From Carpediemonas membranifera BICM (Eukaryota > Protista > Fornicata): a stretch of 64,000 nucleotides of DNA. The notes beneath the pieces are model-generated. The model saw only the letters and a list, made by a program, of their open reading frames with translations, made no database searches and was not told where the DNA came from. Within the stretch, counting starts at the first letter, position 1; each line of letters opens with the position of its first letter. The stretch is taken from assembly GCA_019828565.1 (NCBI GenBank), contig JAHDYR010000019.1, positions 179,984 through 243,983 of the forward strand. Reading direction: 5' to 3'. Below are positions 54,597 through 64,000 of the stretch, one piece after another. A program made the translations under genes and the position numbers.

Positions 54597-56099
54597 ATGG
54601 GAGCTCTGTTGGTGGCAACAACGATCATGACGATGTTCAACAACATCGTGTACACAATCGTCTACACAATGGGCTTCTTCACAAGCTCGTTCGTTGCCCC
54701 CCTTGTTTTGGTCTCAACTCCCCTTTCTGTACGCGGTGCTTGCTCCATTGTGATTTATATGACCATTTACAGCCTTGTCCTTCGATCTTTCGTCTTTGAC
54801 ATCCTTGTAGACTCCCTCTTCCGTCTTCTCTTCAGCTCTTCCGAGATCTTCGACGCAGAAAATCCCGTGAACGTCCTGAGAAGCTCCACTGGCGATGTCA
54901 TCTCCCGCATGCTCAGCTACTTCACATACACAGCAATCCTATGCTACACAGTCTACTCTTATGTTCTCAAGCCATTAGTATCTCTCACTGTGCAGCGTGT
55001 ACTCATCTCGTTAATATTACTCATGGCGATCATTGTATACATCCCCCTGACCACCATCCACACTATGTTCGTGATCAGCTACTACCTGCCGACGAACCAG
55101 CTGACTGTCGACGAGTTTGGAGCATGGAACAACGTCATATTCCTCGTCATGTTCATACCATCCACAAACGTGTTCCTGGTGATCTCAGCGCTGTGCTTCT
55201 GCATGCTCTTCTTCCGCAGGGTCCGACAGCATGCCAGGTTCTCTCCCGCCGTGTTCGTCGCTCTGTTGGCACTCTCCGCCAATCGTGTGGCGAGCACCGC
55301 TTCCACCGTCACACGCCTAATCAACTTTGACTTCTATGTCCTCATTTATCCGTTTACATTTGCTATATGGACTAATATACTGATCATCTTGCTCTACACC
55401 ATTATCCCTGTCATGTTTATAATCGTACCGGGAAGGGTCAAGCGGTGCATCCCCCAGGCGGTGGCGAGCAGTCCTAGGTGCAGACGGCACCTGCGCATGT
55501 TCATGAAACGCCAGTACTGCGAGGAGAACTTCGACTTCCTCACTGTCACTGCCAAGTTCAGGGCCCAGTTCATGAAGGTCTCGCAGCCGCAGCAGGATAG
55601 GCTTCTCGACGAGGAAATCACGCCCCAGCAGATATATGACGCTTACATTTCTGACTCTGGCGACTTCCAGGTCAACCTCCGGCAAGATACATGTCTACAA
55701 ATCCTGCACCGAATCAAATCGGATGAGATCTCGGCTGACCTGTTCGAGCAGGCGGAGAGGGATGTTTGGGCGATCATCAACGGCGACGTCTACCCACGTT
55801 TCCTCTCCAGCGACGAGTACGCACAGATGGAGCTCATGCTGCGCCACGGCGGTGCCATTAAGGCCGTCTCCGTGATTGGCGCGGGCTTCATTCTTGCGCG
55901 CCAGGGTATCAAGGAACGCCTCATCAAGTACGGTGTCATCAAAGACCATGCTTCCGTCGACGAGAGCTGGGTGCACCCGTTTATGAGGCCGGACGAGTTT
56001 AAGTTCGACCGGGACGCCCACAAGAACGTTGAGATGATGGAGAACCCACTAGCGCAGGCATACCCCGCCGTCGAGCCAGGCATGTTTGGGGTTCTCTGA
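54597..56099 (+). CDS. Multi-TM (7TM-like) RGS-domain protein
   Basis: About 7 hydrophobic helices followed by an RGS box FMKRQYCEENFDF...IYDAYI...QVNL...LFEQAE...DVYPRFLSSDEY. Confidence 0.88.
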   Translation: MGALLVATTIMTMFNNIVYTIVYTMGFFTSSFVAPLVLVSTPLSVRGACSIVIYMTIYSLVLRSFVFDILVDSLFRLLFSSSEIFDAENPVNVLRSSTGDVISRMLSYFTYTAILCYTVYSYVLKPLVSLTVQRVLISLILLMAIIVYIPLTTIHTMFVISYYLPTNQLTVDEFGAWNNVIFLVMFIPSTNVFLVISALCFCMLFFRRVRQHARFSPAVFVALLALSANRVASTASTVTRLINFDFYVLIYPFTFAIWTNILIILLYTIIPVMFIIVPGRVKRCIPQAVASSPRCRRHLRMFMKRQYCEENFDFLTVTAKFRAQFMKVSQPQQDRLLDEEITPQQIYDAYISDSGDFQVNLRQDTCLQILHRIKSDEISADLFEQAERDVWAIINGDVYPRFLSSDEYAQMELMLRHGGAIKAVSVIGAGFILARQGIKERLIKYGVIKDHASVDESWVHPFMRPDEFKFDRDAHKNVEMMENPLAQAYPAVEPGMFGVL

Positions 56100-56335
56100 C
56101 CCAGGCGAGATTTTACTGCAGACACAGGACACGCTTGTATGGCAGCCGCTCTGTTAGACGGTATTCATCAGATGAACGCCATCCAGCAAGCTCAAGGTGA
56201 GCCATCTCATTTTTAAAAGAATCGGAAATGCTTTTGCTGATATCTCAGCTGCCTTCTCATATTGAAGCCTGTCTGCCCAGCGGTCAACCAAGGCACTCCC
56301 ACCCAACCGTATATGTTTATCACTATCAGTTAATC

Positions 56336-57004
56336 CTACTCGCTGTACAGCCCGTGCTCCACGATGTACTGGGCGACCGCGGGGTGCACCAGTCCAGACA
56401 GCGGCCGCCGCTCCTTCACGGCGTCCCTGACCATTGTGCTGCTTATGTCGTTCTCGACCGTCGGCTGGGTGACAACAATGGTCTCGTTGCCGGGTGCCAT
56501 GTGGGGTTCGCTACCGATGATGGCCGCGACACGGTCAGCTGAGGCCTGGGTCCGCTCAACAACGACGAACACGTACTTCTTGAGCAGGTGACAGACGTCT
56601 TCGGGCGACCACGAGGGGTGGTGGGCCATGGAGTCGATGAGGTCCGCCCCGCAGGCAAAGAAGAGCTTCACGTCGGGCCCAGCCTCCTCCTGGATGTGGT
56701 CGAGGAGGACGCGGGTCCGGACGAACTCGTGCTGGCGCCACTCCCAGTCGTGTAGTTGGAGCCACGAGTCGGAGCAGGCAAGGGCTACCATCTCCGCACG
56801 GACGGATGCATCCAGCAGTTTCGGTTTGTTCATCCTGTATGCGTCTGGAACTGGCGAGAAGTAGCCTCTGTCGACCGTATAACCCATGGCCTGGCATTTC
56901 TCCCGGACCGTGTCCATCATGATGAAGTGCCCCGCTGTTATCGGGTTGTATGAACCCCCTGCGATGATCCACGCCTTCTTGGCATCGATTACAGGCATCA
57001 CCAT
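56336..57004 (-). CDS. NMNAT: Nicotinamide/nicotinate mononucleotide adenylyltransferase
   Basis: GSYNPITAGH, SPVPDAY, CGADLI, NDISST. Confidence 0.93.
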   Translation of the reverse strand: MVMPVIDAKKAWIIAGGSYNPITAGHFIMMDTVREKCQAMGYTVDRGYFSPVPDAYRMNKPKLLDASVRAEMVALACSDSWLQLHDWEWRQHEFVRTRVLLDHIQEEAGPDVKLFFACGADLIDSMAHHPSWSPEDVCHLLKKYVFVVVERTQASADRVAAIIGSEPHMAPGNETIVVTQPTVENDISSTMVRDAVKERRPLSGLVHPAVAQYIVEHGLYSE

Positions 57005-57067
57005 TGAATGCGAGTTTCAGGGGCCGAAATTGGACAAACCTGCGTTCACGTGCCAACGTGAAGTATA

Positions 57068-60000
57068 ATGAGCGAAGACGTCCAGTTCAGAGCTCTACGT
57101 GCGAAACACTTTGCTATAATTGCCTCTGAGGCGAAGCTGGATCTCCCCGATGTCAAAGCCGCCAGTTCTAAGAAACCTTATCGCTACTCCCGCTCCAAGT
57201 CCGTAGAGCCTAAGGTACCATTCAAAATCTCTTTACCACGTGGCTTTGAGCGACCACCATCAGCGCTAGCGATCAAGGAGTCCAATAATCGGTACGACCA
57301 CTTCCAGCGTCTCGGGAAAGGCACTCCATCTTCACGCCCGCGCTTCCCAAACACAGTGTCAGACTCCCCAAGTAGGTACAAGCTCCCCAAGGTTGCTAAT
57401 CCGCGTACTGTGCTCTCGCCACGCACCTTAACGTCGCCACGTACGCCATTACCAGCCATATCACCGCAGGGGGCCGTTAGTGCAGAGGCCGAGGCAGCGC
57501 TGCGGTACAACATGCGGCTAATGCGCTTTGTTGTCCCGAAATACGCCATGCCCTTCCCACTCCCGAAGCAGCGCTGGTTGAATATCGTCCGAAGATGCAA
57601 GCCGCCCCCAATAACGGGCAACGAGTACTTAATGCCAGTGATCCGACAGCTCAGGTCAGAGGTGATGACCGACTTCATCGCCGTTCAAAAGAGACTTCTG
57701 TTCAATCAAAAGCTGTTGACGACTCCAGATCCAGGGCTTGTCGGGGCATTCTTGGACAAGCTGACCCGACCCCAACTGCGGTGGATGGTCAAGGGGGCCA
57801 CTAACGCCAAGGTGCAGGAGAGTGTGGGTTCGCTGCGTCGGGCATGCTTTCTTCATGCACATCCAATATCGCTGCGGTGCTTACAGACCGTGATGGACCA
57901 GATCGATCATATGATGGCCGATGACCTCCTTCCATTATACAGCAGCACAGACAGCCTCCCTTTCGAGGCTCTAGACGCTATGCACAAGACCCTGCTCGCC
58001 CTTGTTACCAGCCGCCTCCACGAGTCCCACGACCCAGCCGACGGGTCGACCCAGCCGACGGGAGACTCTGCGCAACCCCTGCCCAAGATCATCGAGGCGA
58101 TCATCCTCGATTCATTCACCGCTCACGCTACTGAGCTCGCCGACCAGATCAGGGCTGAATGGCACGGGGCCGACGCCGCGAACAGGGCAATCGGGCTCTT
58201 GGCACCAGTGTACCGTCGTCTCACGGTGCTGTGCCGCATGCTGATCCAGGGGCGGGCGTACCACCTCGCGCACACTTGTCGGGAGCGTGTGGTCGCCGTG
58301 CTCTCGCAGGGCATCGGCCAGTCGTGGGTTGAGCAGATCGGGGCCCTCGAGTTTGAAGCGTTCACGCATGTTACGGCTCAGCGGTCAGCTTTCGTGTGTT
58401 CCATCACGATCACTGAGGATTCAATGCTCGAGTTCACCCCTGATATCGGCATCCTCCTCGACTCATTCAGATCATTCAGCAGCGGACTCATCAGACGACT
58501 CTCGTCAATCCATGCCCCCTTGGTCGGCATGCTCGAGCAGCATGCCGAGGAGATGGACTCTGGCACCGAGTCCGAGTGGTCGGCAGCAGTTACTGACGGG
58601 GTAGCGACCAGGGCGATGCTCCAGGGCGATGAAGAGGTGCGGGACTTCGATTCAAAGGCGGGGGATGCCGAGAGCAGCTATATGAGCAGCCGTGACATGG
58701 ATCTCGAGGTCCCTTCCGTCCCGGCCTCCGAGAGAACCGCGGCATTTGAGTTAGACCCGAGTCGCTCCCCGTCTATCGCGTCAGACCCTGCGGGTTGGGG
58801 CGATGACTTAGGAACGCCCAGGTCTGCGCTGACTTATTCGGATGGCCGGACATTCAGCGATGATGACCTGGGCTATCAGTCGAGTCAGCGATCGGAGACT
58901 TACGATCTCAGATCCGAGCGCACTTCGTCGCCTGTAGCCGAGTCAAGCAGACGCTCACCGACTTACGATCTCAGATCCGAGCGCACATTGTCTCCCATCG
59001 CCGAGTCGAGCCAAGTGTGCTTCGATTCCAGGTCCCAAGCGTTCGAAATGCCGCCCCCCGTCGAGGCCCTCACCGCACCAGATTCTGTACCTTTATGCAG
59101 GGTCGACCTGTCGAAAGTCGAACAAGGCCTCATGCGGGACATCTCCATTGAAACTCAGGCGGTGCTTGCATTTACCGGAGACGCGCGGGCCATGATTTAC
59201 GATCTGATGGATGCCGAGCCGAGAGAGATACCGTTCCTCATGCCCGAGGCCGACCTGGAGACCTACATGCGAGACCAGTTCGCTACTGGTCCGCTGTGGC
59301 GCCTGCTCAGCTCAGCCATCGCCCGTAACGAGCAGATCCTGGATAAGGTCGACCAACTTCGGAACTCTGTCTGCGTGGGAATGCTTTCGATTGACTTCAC
59401 TCAGCTGAAACGACGGGTTGCCTTAAGGTGCGCAAACCACAGATCCATCATTCTATCCGCCCTCGCCGACTATACTGGTACGAAGCTGCAAGAGCTGGAA
59501 GAGCAGGCGTCCCAGGCCATCGCCGTCATCAGCAACGTTCCAGACGAAGTCGAAGCATTCGCTGACTACCGCGAGCGCATTGACGGTTACCACAAGGGCA
59601 TCGCCGTCTTCCACTCGCAGATCATGATGATCTGGAACATCCAGCACATGCTGATCTCCTGGCAGCACCCGGTGTCAGACTCCACGCTGAGTCGCGTCCT
59701 GGCCATGATGGCGCACTGGCGCACGATGGGCTCGGCCATTGAAGAGTCGCGGTACGTCGCTGACCGTAACCTCAAAATATTGCAGGACGGGCTGCTCGAT
59801 GGATTCGCGGATATGCTGGATCGGATTAGATCTACATTACCGCATGTTGAGAAGATTGTCAATCTTACCGATCTTCCAGATTATGCTACGATCGACATAA
59901 TCTCCGAATCCCTCATCCGCTTTGCCGAGCGCCTGGCCGATGACATCACCCACGCCTCCCGCGCCCGTTCGCTGGCCAAACGGCTTGCTTTCAAACTTCC

Positions 60001-60736
60001 GAGCTCACACTTCGAGCCAGCCAACATCATGAGCCTCGCGTCTCCACTCAGAAGCCAGTGGAGTGGGATTAATAACTTTATCGGTGAGCTCTACAGCAAC
60101 ATATTCCCAATAACCGTCGCTAATCTCAAAATAGAGAGCTTCGACAAGATGTGCGGCGTGGCTCGAGCCGGTCTGGCCAAGGTCGAGCGAGAGCTGACCG
60201 ACAACGACCTCCAGATACGGCGTCTGGCACCGGTGCTTCCTTCAGTCGGCGAACAGCTCCGCAATACGATCAATATGATTGATTTGATGAAGCAAGAGAT
60301 AGCCACCGTCGAGAGAGATCTCGGCCTAGTTGTCCGACTCCATGCCGAGTCGAAGTTTATATCTGATGATGATTGGATCACCCTTAACAGATACTTTGAC
60401 CGCCCGTCGACTGTCCGAGGCTTTGACAACATGACTGTCGGTTCGATGTTTGATGCCGCAGTGACTCGGTTTAGAGACATCGAGGGCATCCTCAACACGG
60501 CCACGAGGGCTGTGAGAGCCACGATGCTTAAGACGATGACCAGTAGGGACAGGGCAAACGACAGCAAGCCCCTGGACGCGTCGAATGCAGGGCTAACACT
60601 GCCCTCTGAGATCTCCCTGAGTGGGCGGTTGAAGGACGTGGAGGCGGCCGGCAGCGACTATGATTATGACTATTCCTCGAGTGGTAGCTCCCGCAGGATG
60701 TCGGATCTGGACGATTTCGATCTGGATGAAGATTAA
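57068..60736 (+). CDS. Large protein resembling a dynein heavy-chain N-terminal stem, no motor domain
   Basis: 1222-aa ORF; helical region with VCVGMLSIDFTQLKRRV and LEFTPDI motifs; no P-loop found. Confidence 0.5.
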   Translation: MSEDVQFRALRAKHFAIIASEAKLDLPDVKAASSKKPYRYSRSKSVEPKVPFKISLPRGFERPPSALAIKESNNRYDHFQRLGKGTPSSRPRFPNTVSDSPSRYKLPKVANPRTVLSPRTLTSPRTPLPAISPQGAVSAEAEAALRYNMRLMRFVVPKYAMPFPLPKQRWLNIVRRCKPPPITGNEYLMPVIRQLRSEVMTDFIAVQKRLLFNQKLLTTPDPGLVGAFLDKLTRPQLRWMVKGATNAKVQESVGSLRRACFLHAHPISLRCLQTVMDQIDHMMADDLLPLYSSTDSLPFEALDAMHKTLLALVTSRLHESHDPADGSTQPTGDSAQPLPKIIEAIILDSFTAHATELADQIRAEWHGADAANRAIGLLAPVYRRLTVLCRMLIQGRAYHLAHTCRERVVAVLSQGIGQSWVEQIGALEFEAFTHVTAQRSAFVCSITITEDSMLEFTPDIGILLDSFRSFSSGLIRRLSSIHAPLVGMLEQHAEEMDSGTESEWSAAVTDGVATRAMLQGDEEVRDFDSKAGDAESSYMSSRDMDLEVPSVPASERTAAFELDPSRSPSIASDPAGWGDDLGTPRSALTYSDGRTFSDDDLGYQSSQRSETYDLRSERTSSPVAESSRRSPTYDLRSERTLSPIAESSQVCFDSRSQAFEMPPPVEALTAPDSVPLCRVDLSKVEQGLMRDISIETQAVLAFTGDARAMIYDLMDAEPREIPFLMPEADLETYMRDQFATGPLWRLLSSAIARNEQILDKVDQLRNSVCVGMLSIDFTQLKRRVALRCANHRSIILSALADYTGTKLQELEEQASQAIAVISNVPDEVEAFADYRERIDGYHKGIAVFHSQIMMIWNIQHMLISWQHPVSDSTLSRVLAMMAHWRTMGSAIEESRYVADRNLKILQDGLLDGFADMLDRIRSTLPHVEKIVNLTDLPDYATIDIISESLIRFAERLADDITHASRARSLAKRLAFKLPSSHFEPANIMSLASPLRSQWSGINNFIGELYSNIFPITVANLKIESFDKMCGVARAGLAKVERELTDNDLQIRRLAPVLPSVGEQLRNTINMIDLMKQEIATVERDLGLVVRLHAESKFISDDDWITLNRYFDRPSTVRGFDNMTVGSMFDAAVTRFRDIEGILNTATRAVRATMLKTMTSRDRANDSKPLDASNAGLTLPSEISLSGRLKDVEAAGSDYDYDYSSSGSSRRMSDLDDFDLDED
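58897..59008 (+). repeat. 63-bp coding tandem duplication (TYDLRSERT.SP.AESS x2)
   Basis: gacttacgatctcagatccgagcgcac at 58897 and 58960. Confidence 0.85.
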
Positions 60737-61009
60737 AGTGCTCGGCAGTTTATGGATAGGGGAAAGATGACCTTGCGGGGGGCGGTCTGTTGTGGCCCGG
60801 GCCCGGGACCTTACATCCTGCCTGTGTCGGTATTGCTGGCCTGGGCGGGCAATATCTGGAGCTGAACCTCAATTCACATAAGCTCACGTAAACAGCAGCA
60901 AAACCGCGCCCCGCGCGGAATGGGGTGACTCATTACCTGATTATATGGCCGCGGTAGCAGCCCCCGCCTGGCAGCGGTGGTGCTTAACCTGCACCATGAT
61001 CGTTCGCTG

Positions 61010-62468
61010 ATGACGAAAACATTCTTGGAGACCGGGTTGACAGCATCGTTGGCATCTGTTCTCGACTCCATTGGTTGGAATAATGCGACTGGTATTCAAA
61101 GCGAGGCCATTCCTTTGCTCCTTCAAGGCAAAGACGTGATTGCACAGGCAGAAACAGGTAGCGGCAAGGTATATCACCCCCATTTCCCATTTTACAAAGA
61201 CCGGCGCGTTCATGCTTCCCATCATCGACGAGATGATCCAGCTGGACGACTATCTTCACCGGAACCATGTGTTCAGTGCCCTGGTCATCTCTCCCACGCG
61301 CGAGCTCGCCCACCAGATCGTATCGGAGGCGCAGCGGATGATTACAGCTGCTGGTGAGAAGATCCGCGTGCTCGGCGTTATTGGCGGCGAGTCCGAGCAC
61401 CTCCAGAAGCGAGCATTCATCGACACAAGCCGGAGACCGCAAATCGTCGTCGCCACGCCCGGTAGACTTCTCGACATCCTTTCCGGTGATGACTGGAAGG
61501 ATGTCCGCGATTCCTACCTCAAGAACCTCAAGCACGTTGTCCTTGACGAGGCCGACAAGCTCTTTGAATCAGACTTCGTCGGCACGATCGGGCAGATCCT
61601 GGATGTTGCTAGGGACGCCAAGATCGGCGCAGGGATCGAGACAGGTCAAGACTGGCAGACGGCGCTCTTCTCTGCGACCATGAGCACGGGTGTCACTCAG
61701 ATCAGTACCGTCGCCAAGATGAAGAAGGGCACAGTGAGGGTGAGTGTGACCGCGACCCACACCACCGAGGCGCTCATCCAGCAGTGGATGCTCGTTCCTA
61801 TCGACCTCAAGGACCTCTACCTCATCCAGTTTTTACGGAAGCAGGACACTGCGAAGAAGGTCATCATCTTTGTCAACACGAAGCTTCAGTCGAACCGTCT
61901 TTCCTTCCTCATCAACAACTACTGGGGATTTGAAGAGGACAACACCATCGACTTGCCCGACCTAAACGACACCGAGGCCCCCCGGGGCAAGTGGCGCGCC
62001 GTGCCACTCAATGGAAGCATGAATCAGGCGACCAGGACGACCAGATTCAGGCGGTTTATTGACGGTACGGCCAACGTGCTCGTGGCTACAGATGTAGCCT
62101 CTAGAGGCCTGGATACGATCGTAGACATCGTCGTCAACTACGAGTTGCCCGCTTCGTCCAAGGTCTATGTCCATAGAATCGGTCGGACTGCCCGTGCAGG
62201 CCGACACGGCATGGCCATGTCGCTGGTGTCCCAGTACGATGGTCATCAATTCATCCAAATCGAAAACGGGCTCGCCAACAAGGAGCAGCTGCATCAGGTC
62301 GACCGCACGCCGGCAGACGCCATGGATGCGGCGATGGTGGAACATCTGAAGGTGGCCAAGAACGACACGATGACGCAGCTCCGGGACCTCGGTCTGGATA
62401 AGGTGCAGGATAAGAAAAAGGGCAAGATCGTGAAGAACAAGGGAAAGAGAGGTCCCAAGCGGATGTAA
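61010..62468 (+). CDS. DEAD-box RNA helicase, Rrp3/DDX47-like (intron 61169-61199)
   Basis: AETGSGK|T split by the intron, PTRELA, DEAD, SAT, ATDVASRGLD, HRIGRTARAGR, SLVSQYD. Confidence 0.9.
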
Positions 62469-62712
62469 ATATGCGGTTAATGGCGTTGCTTGGCAGTGGA
62501 GTGTGTTGCAGAGGCGGGCGTCAGGATTGATCGCTCGGCTGAGTAAACGATGAGGCAGAATTTTGGTGCGAGAACACATCGTTGAGACTGGTGTGGGCTG
62601 AAGTTGCTGGCATGGCGTCATGTTGTCCCTGCGTCGTATGCCTCATCGCATTTCGTTGCCAGATTTTTTTTGTGCAAATTCTTGCTATTCTGCCCGAAAT
62701 CCCAGCGAAAGC

Positions 62713-64000
62713 ATGTTCCTTCAGGGTGAGCGTACTTTTGGACAGTCCGTAAGAACTCAAAATGGTTTGTATACTGCCAGCTCTCTTGGTTTACCCAGTC
62801 AATGCCGCAGTGTCTCTTGGCTCTATAGTTTCTACTTCCTTTGGCCCCCTGGGCCTTGATAAGATGATTGTGTCCACGGTTGGTGATATTACCGTCACCA
62901 ATGATGGTGCTACCATCCTGTCTAGGATTGATGTCCAGCATCCTGCTGCTCGTGTCCTCGTCCAGCTTTCCAGACTTCAGGACATGGAAGTCGGTGACGG
63001 CACCACTACGGTTGTCATCCTTGCCTCCGAGCTCCTCAAGTTGGGTAACAACCTCATCGAGGCCGGCATCCACCCCACCAACGTCATGAGCGGCTATCGC
63101 CGTGCCGTTGCCAAGGCTACTAAGTTCCTGGAAGAGAACATGTCCCACCAGGTGTCGATCGAGGACACTGAGGTGCTCATGAACGTTGCCCGTACTTCTA
63201 TGTCGTCCAAGAACATCTCCAACCCCGACTACTTCTCTCGCCTTGTTGTTGACTCCCTTCGCGCCATCAAGAACTCCTCTGGCAAGTTCCCCGTTGAGAA
63301 CGTCCCCATTCTCAAGGCTGTCGGTGGCTCCAGCAATGAGTCGCAGCTCATCGAGGACGGCATCGCCATCCCCTGCATGATGGTCTCCCCGCAGATGCCC
63401 TCGTACATCAAGGACGCCAAGATCGCCATCCTCGACTTCGCCCTCAAGCCCCAGCGTATGGCTACCGGCGTCCAGATCCAGGTAACCGATCCCGATAAGC
63501 TCCGCCAGATCAAGGAGCAGGAAGAATCTATGCTGCTTGCTCGTACCAAGGTCCTCACCGACGCCGGCGCCAATGTCATCCTCACGACCGGGGGCATCGA
63601 CGGCACTGCCGCCGCTTTCCTCGTTGAGAACGGCGTCATGGGCGTGCAACACTGCGATAAGCGCGATCTCCGCCACATTATCAAGAACACGGGCGGTAAG
63701 ATCCTTCTCTCCTTCGCCGACCTTGACGCGCCCGTTGAGGGCGACGAGTACGAGGCCGACACTTTTGAGGAGGCTCTCGAGGACTACAAGACCAACCTCG
63801 CCGGCTCGATTGGCTCGGCCGACACGGTCTCCGAGGAGCTCCTCAAGACCACCGATACGGTCGGTGACCTCAACCAGAAGCTTCTCTTTATCCGCGGTGG
63901 CCCCACCAGCGCGGTCAGGTCCATCATCCTGCGCGGCTCGAGCGAGGAACACATCGACGAGACCGAGCGGTCCGTCCACGACGCCCTGTGCGCCGTCAAG
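62713..64000 (+). CDS. CCT1: Chaperonin CCT alpha subunit, runs off the window (intron 62765-62798)
   Basis: MFLQGERTFGQSVRTQN|V..., SFGPLGLDKM, TNDGATIL, EVGDGTTTVV, IHPT, DETERSVHDALC. Confidence 0.92.

Noticed and set aside
62618-63979. Long antisense ORFs (here and opposite Hsp70, Sec7, hydrogenase, importin and others)
   Set aside because: Shadows of GC3-rich codon usage on the opposite strand of clearly identified genes.

Overview
Gene-dense eukaryotic DNA: about 42 protein genes with short intergenic gaps and at least 17 tiny (28-39 nt) spliceosomal introns. A group B-type [FeFe]-hydrogenase, a mitochondrion-type Hsp70 with a presequence, SF-assemblin, a 7TM-RGS protein and G-gamma point to an anaerobic flagellate with a mitochondrion-related organelle. 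A free-living fornicate metamonad such as Carpediemonas fits, but this is inference. The main accessory feature is a ~835-bp mobile element present twice in opposite orientation (26736-27570 +, 43594-44434 -). It carries the C-terminal part of a Fanzor (eukaryotic TnpB-family RNA-guided nuclease) with the rearranged RuvC-II glutamate, zinc finger and RuvC-III. Its 3' end is strongly structured, consistent with an omegaRNA scaffold ending exactly at the element boundary, and both ends carry a 39-bp direct repeat. The second copy ends 14 nt upstream of the mtHsp70 start codon. Other notable items are an unexplained 157-nt structured element at 25311-25467, a divergent TBP, a RING-less Cwc24, a MULE/WRKY-like zinc-finger protein and a motor-less dynein-stem-like protein. 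All assignments come from manual motif recognition; no searches were run.
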